From NCBI RefSeq assembly GCF_964194155.1, contig NC_135881.1, positions 209,250,001 through 209,314,000 on the forward strand: DNA of 64,000 nt, in the 5' to 3' direction. The stretch is from Cetorhinus maximus. Taxonomy: Eukaryota. The translations under genes were made by a program, and so were the position numbers. The notes under the pieces are model-generated. The model worked only from the letters and a program-made list of their open reading frames with translations. It was not told where the DNA came from and did no database searches. Shown one piece after another: positions 63,712-64,000 of the stretch. Each line of letters starts with the position of its first letter. Within the stretch, counting starts at the first letter, position 1.

Positions 63712-64000
63712 TAGAGGGGCCACTGCTTTTCTTGATTTATATTAATAACCTAAACCTGGGCGTTCAGGGCACAATTTCAAAATTCGAAGATGATGCAAAA
63801 CTTGGAGTACTGTGAACTGAGAGGAGGATAGTGATAGACTTCAAGAGGGTATAGGCAAGATGGTGGAATGGGCAGACATGTGGCAGATGAAATTTAATGC
63901 AGGGAAGTGTAAAGTGATACATTTTGATCAGAAGAACAATGAGAGGTGATATGAAGGGTACAATTCTAAAGGAAATGCAGGAGCAGAGAGACCTGGGCAC
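63712..64000 (+). mobile_element. CR1 RT fragment running off the window end
   Basis: IYINNL...ISKFEDDAKL...LQEGIGKMVEWADMWQMKFNAGKCKVIHF. Confidence 0.88.

Overview
This is eukaryotic, repeat-dense, almost entirely non-coding vertebrate DNA. The repeat families (HER1-type CR1 LINEs, Deu-domain SINEs, Penelope-like fragments, GC-rich Harbinger MITEs) point to a cartilaginous fish, most likely a shark (inference). I can support no intact host protein-coding gene: every recognisable ORF is a broken transposon ORF. A large share of the window is nested TEs: CR1, L2 and RTE LINEs, four related solo LTRs, Harbinger and hAT non-autonomous elements, and Penelope-like hairpins carrying minimal hammerhead ribozymes. 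Main points of interest: (1) an apparently full-length, ORF1-less APE-RT LINE (26168-29431, minus) whose whole 5' leader is a tRNA-derived, Pol III-type SINE head, with three SINEs in the window that look like head+tail deletion derivatives of it; (2) a young Penelope-like hairpin with two copies of a minimal hammerhead with a non-canonical CUGCCGA core; (3) a second SINE-head/L2-body fusion; (4) a candidate host promoter and first exon near 47.1 kb, plus candidate minus-strand exons at 13-14 kb. All family assignments are by eye from motifs and recalled consensus sequences. Boundaries of old elements are approximate.
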